From Desulfurococcaceae archaeon (GTDB taxonomy: Archaea > Thermoproteota > Thermoprotei_A > Sulfolobales > Desulfurococcaceae): 28,488 nucleotides of DNA. A program made the position numbers and the translations under genes. Positions 27,967 through 28,488 of the stretch are shown here, piece by piece. The stretch is from positions 1-28,488 of the forward strand of contig JAWBBW010000019.1 of assembly GCA_038824035.1 (NCBI GenBank). Reading direction: 5' to 3'. How positions within the stretch are numbered: the stretch's first letter is position 1; the number at the start of each line of letters is the position of its first letter. A model generated the notes under the pieces. The model did not search any database. It worked only from the letters and a program-made list of their open reading frames with translations, and had not been told where the DNA came from.

Positions 27967-28488
27967 ATGAACAAGGTACTAGACCTCTTACTTAGGAGGG
28001 CATATTTATTTGGTTTCGTAGTGGTTTTCAACGCGATCGTGGTATCACTGATAACAATACATGTCCCTTATCCAATGAACGTGGTCTTAGGGGCGATGAC
28101 AGTCGTGGGCTCAGTTATATTCGTAATATATTATACAGGGGTTAAGAGACTTGGTGGCATAATACCTATATCGGATGACCTCACATTTATATTGGTCCAT
28201 ATGAGGTGCCTTGTGACCAGTAACCCAGCCACGGCTACATTATTTCAAAAAATAGGTGAAACCGATTTCTACAAGAAGAAATACCGAGAAATATACTCCA
28301 AGGTATACACCTTAACCAAGAACTGGGGATATAGTTTACCCGAGTCGTTGAGACTGGTCTCCAAGGAGACTCCGAGCAAAATAGAGGAACAGTTCTTCCA
28401 GAGGTTTTCAGCAATAGTTAGCACCGGTGGGGATGTGAAAGAGTATTTGAGATTAGAGTATAATACTTTATTCAGTGAATATAGATCG
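27967..28488 (+). CDS. arlJ: Archaellum platform protein ArlJ, partial (runs off the window)
   Basis: Not in the ORF track. The open frame MNKVLDLLLRRAYLFG... has TM segments and then KNWGYSLPESLR...FFQRFSAIVSTGGDVKEYLRLE, a GspF/TadC-like domain. It follows arlI. Confidence 0.92.
   Translation, partial: MNKVLDLLLRRAYLFGFVVVFNAIVVSLITIHVPYPMNVVLGAMTVVGSVIFVIYYTGVKRLGGIIPISDDLTFILVHMRCLVTSNPATATLFQKIGETDFYKKKYREIYSKVYTLTKNWGYSLPESLRLVSKETPSKIEEQFFQRFSAIVSTGGDVKEYLRLEYNTLFSEYRS

Overview
Archaeal chromosomal DNA, most likely from a hyperthermophilic crenarchaeon (Desulfurococcales-like; inferred from the archaeal PEP carboxylase, a single-archaellin arlB-X-G-F-H-I-J cluster, an ArnR-like regulator and GGTG/GGAG ribosome-binding sites). 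From left to right: two divergent glycosyltransferases (GT4 partial, GT2); an unexplained ~800 bp gap with a hairpin resembling an IS200/IS605 end; a CBS protein followed by coupled Mut7-C, AMMECR1 and NadE genes; a hypothetical and a DUF711 gene; a TM_helix/MscS-like gene divergent from mannosyl-3-phosphoglycerate synthase and ppcA; a TtuA-like tRNA thiolase; a decaying Opp/Dpp ABC operon (two in-frame stops, several frameshifts, a probable large deletion); a complete pstSCAB-phoU operon with a divergent AbrB-PhoU regulator; and an ArnR-like regulator, a Roadblock/MglB-like gene and the archaellum cluster (arlJ cut by the window edge). The best lead for a new system is the Roadblock-like gene sharing its upstream region with the archaellin. 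It sits next to a soluble ArlC/D/E-like protein in the ArlX position and a CACGTCGA motif shared by the arnR and arlB promoters. Several candidate operators are also visible. All family assignments come from motif recognition by eye; no database search was run.
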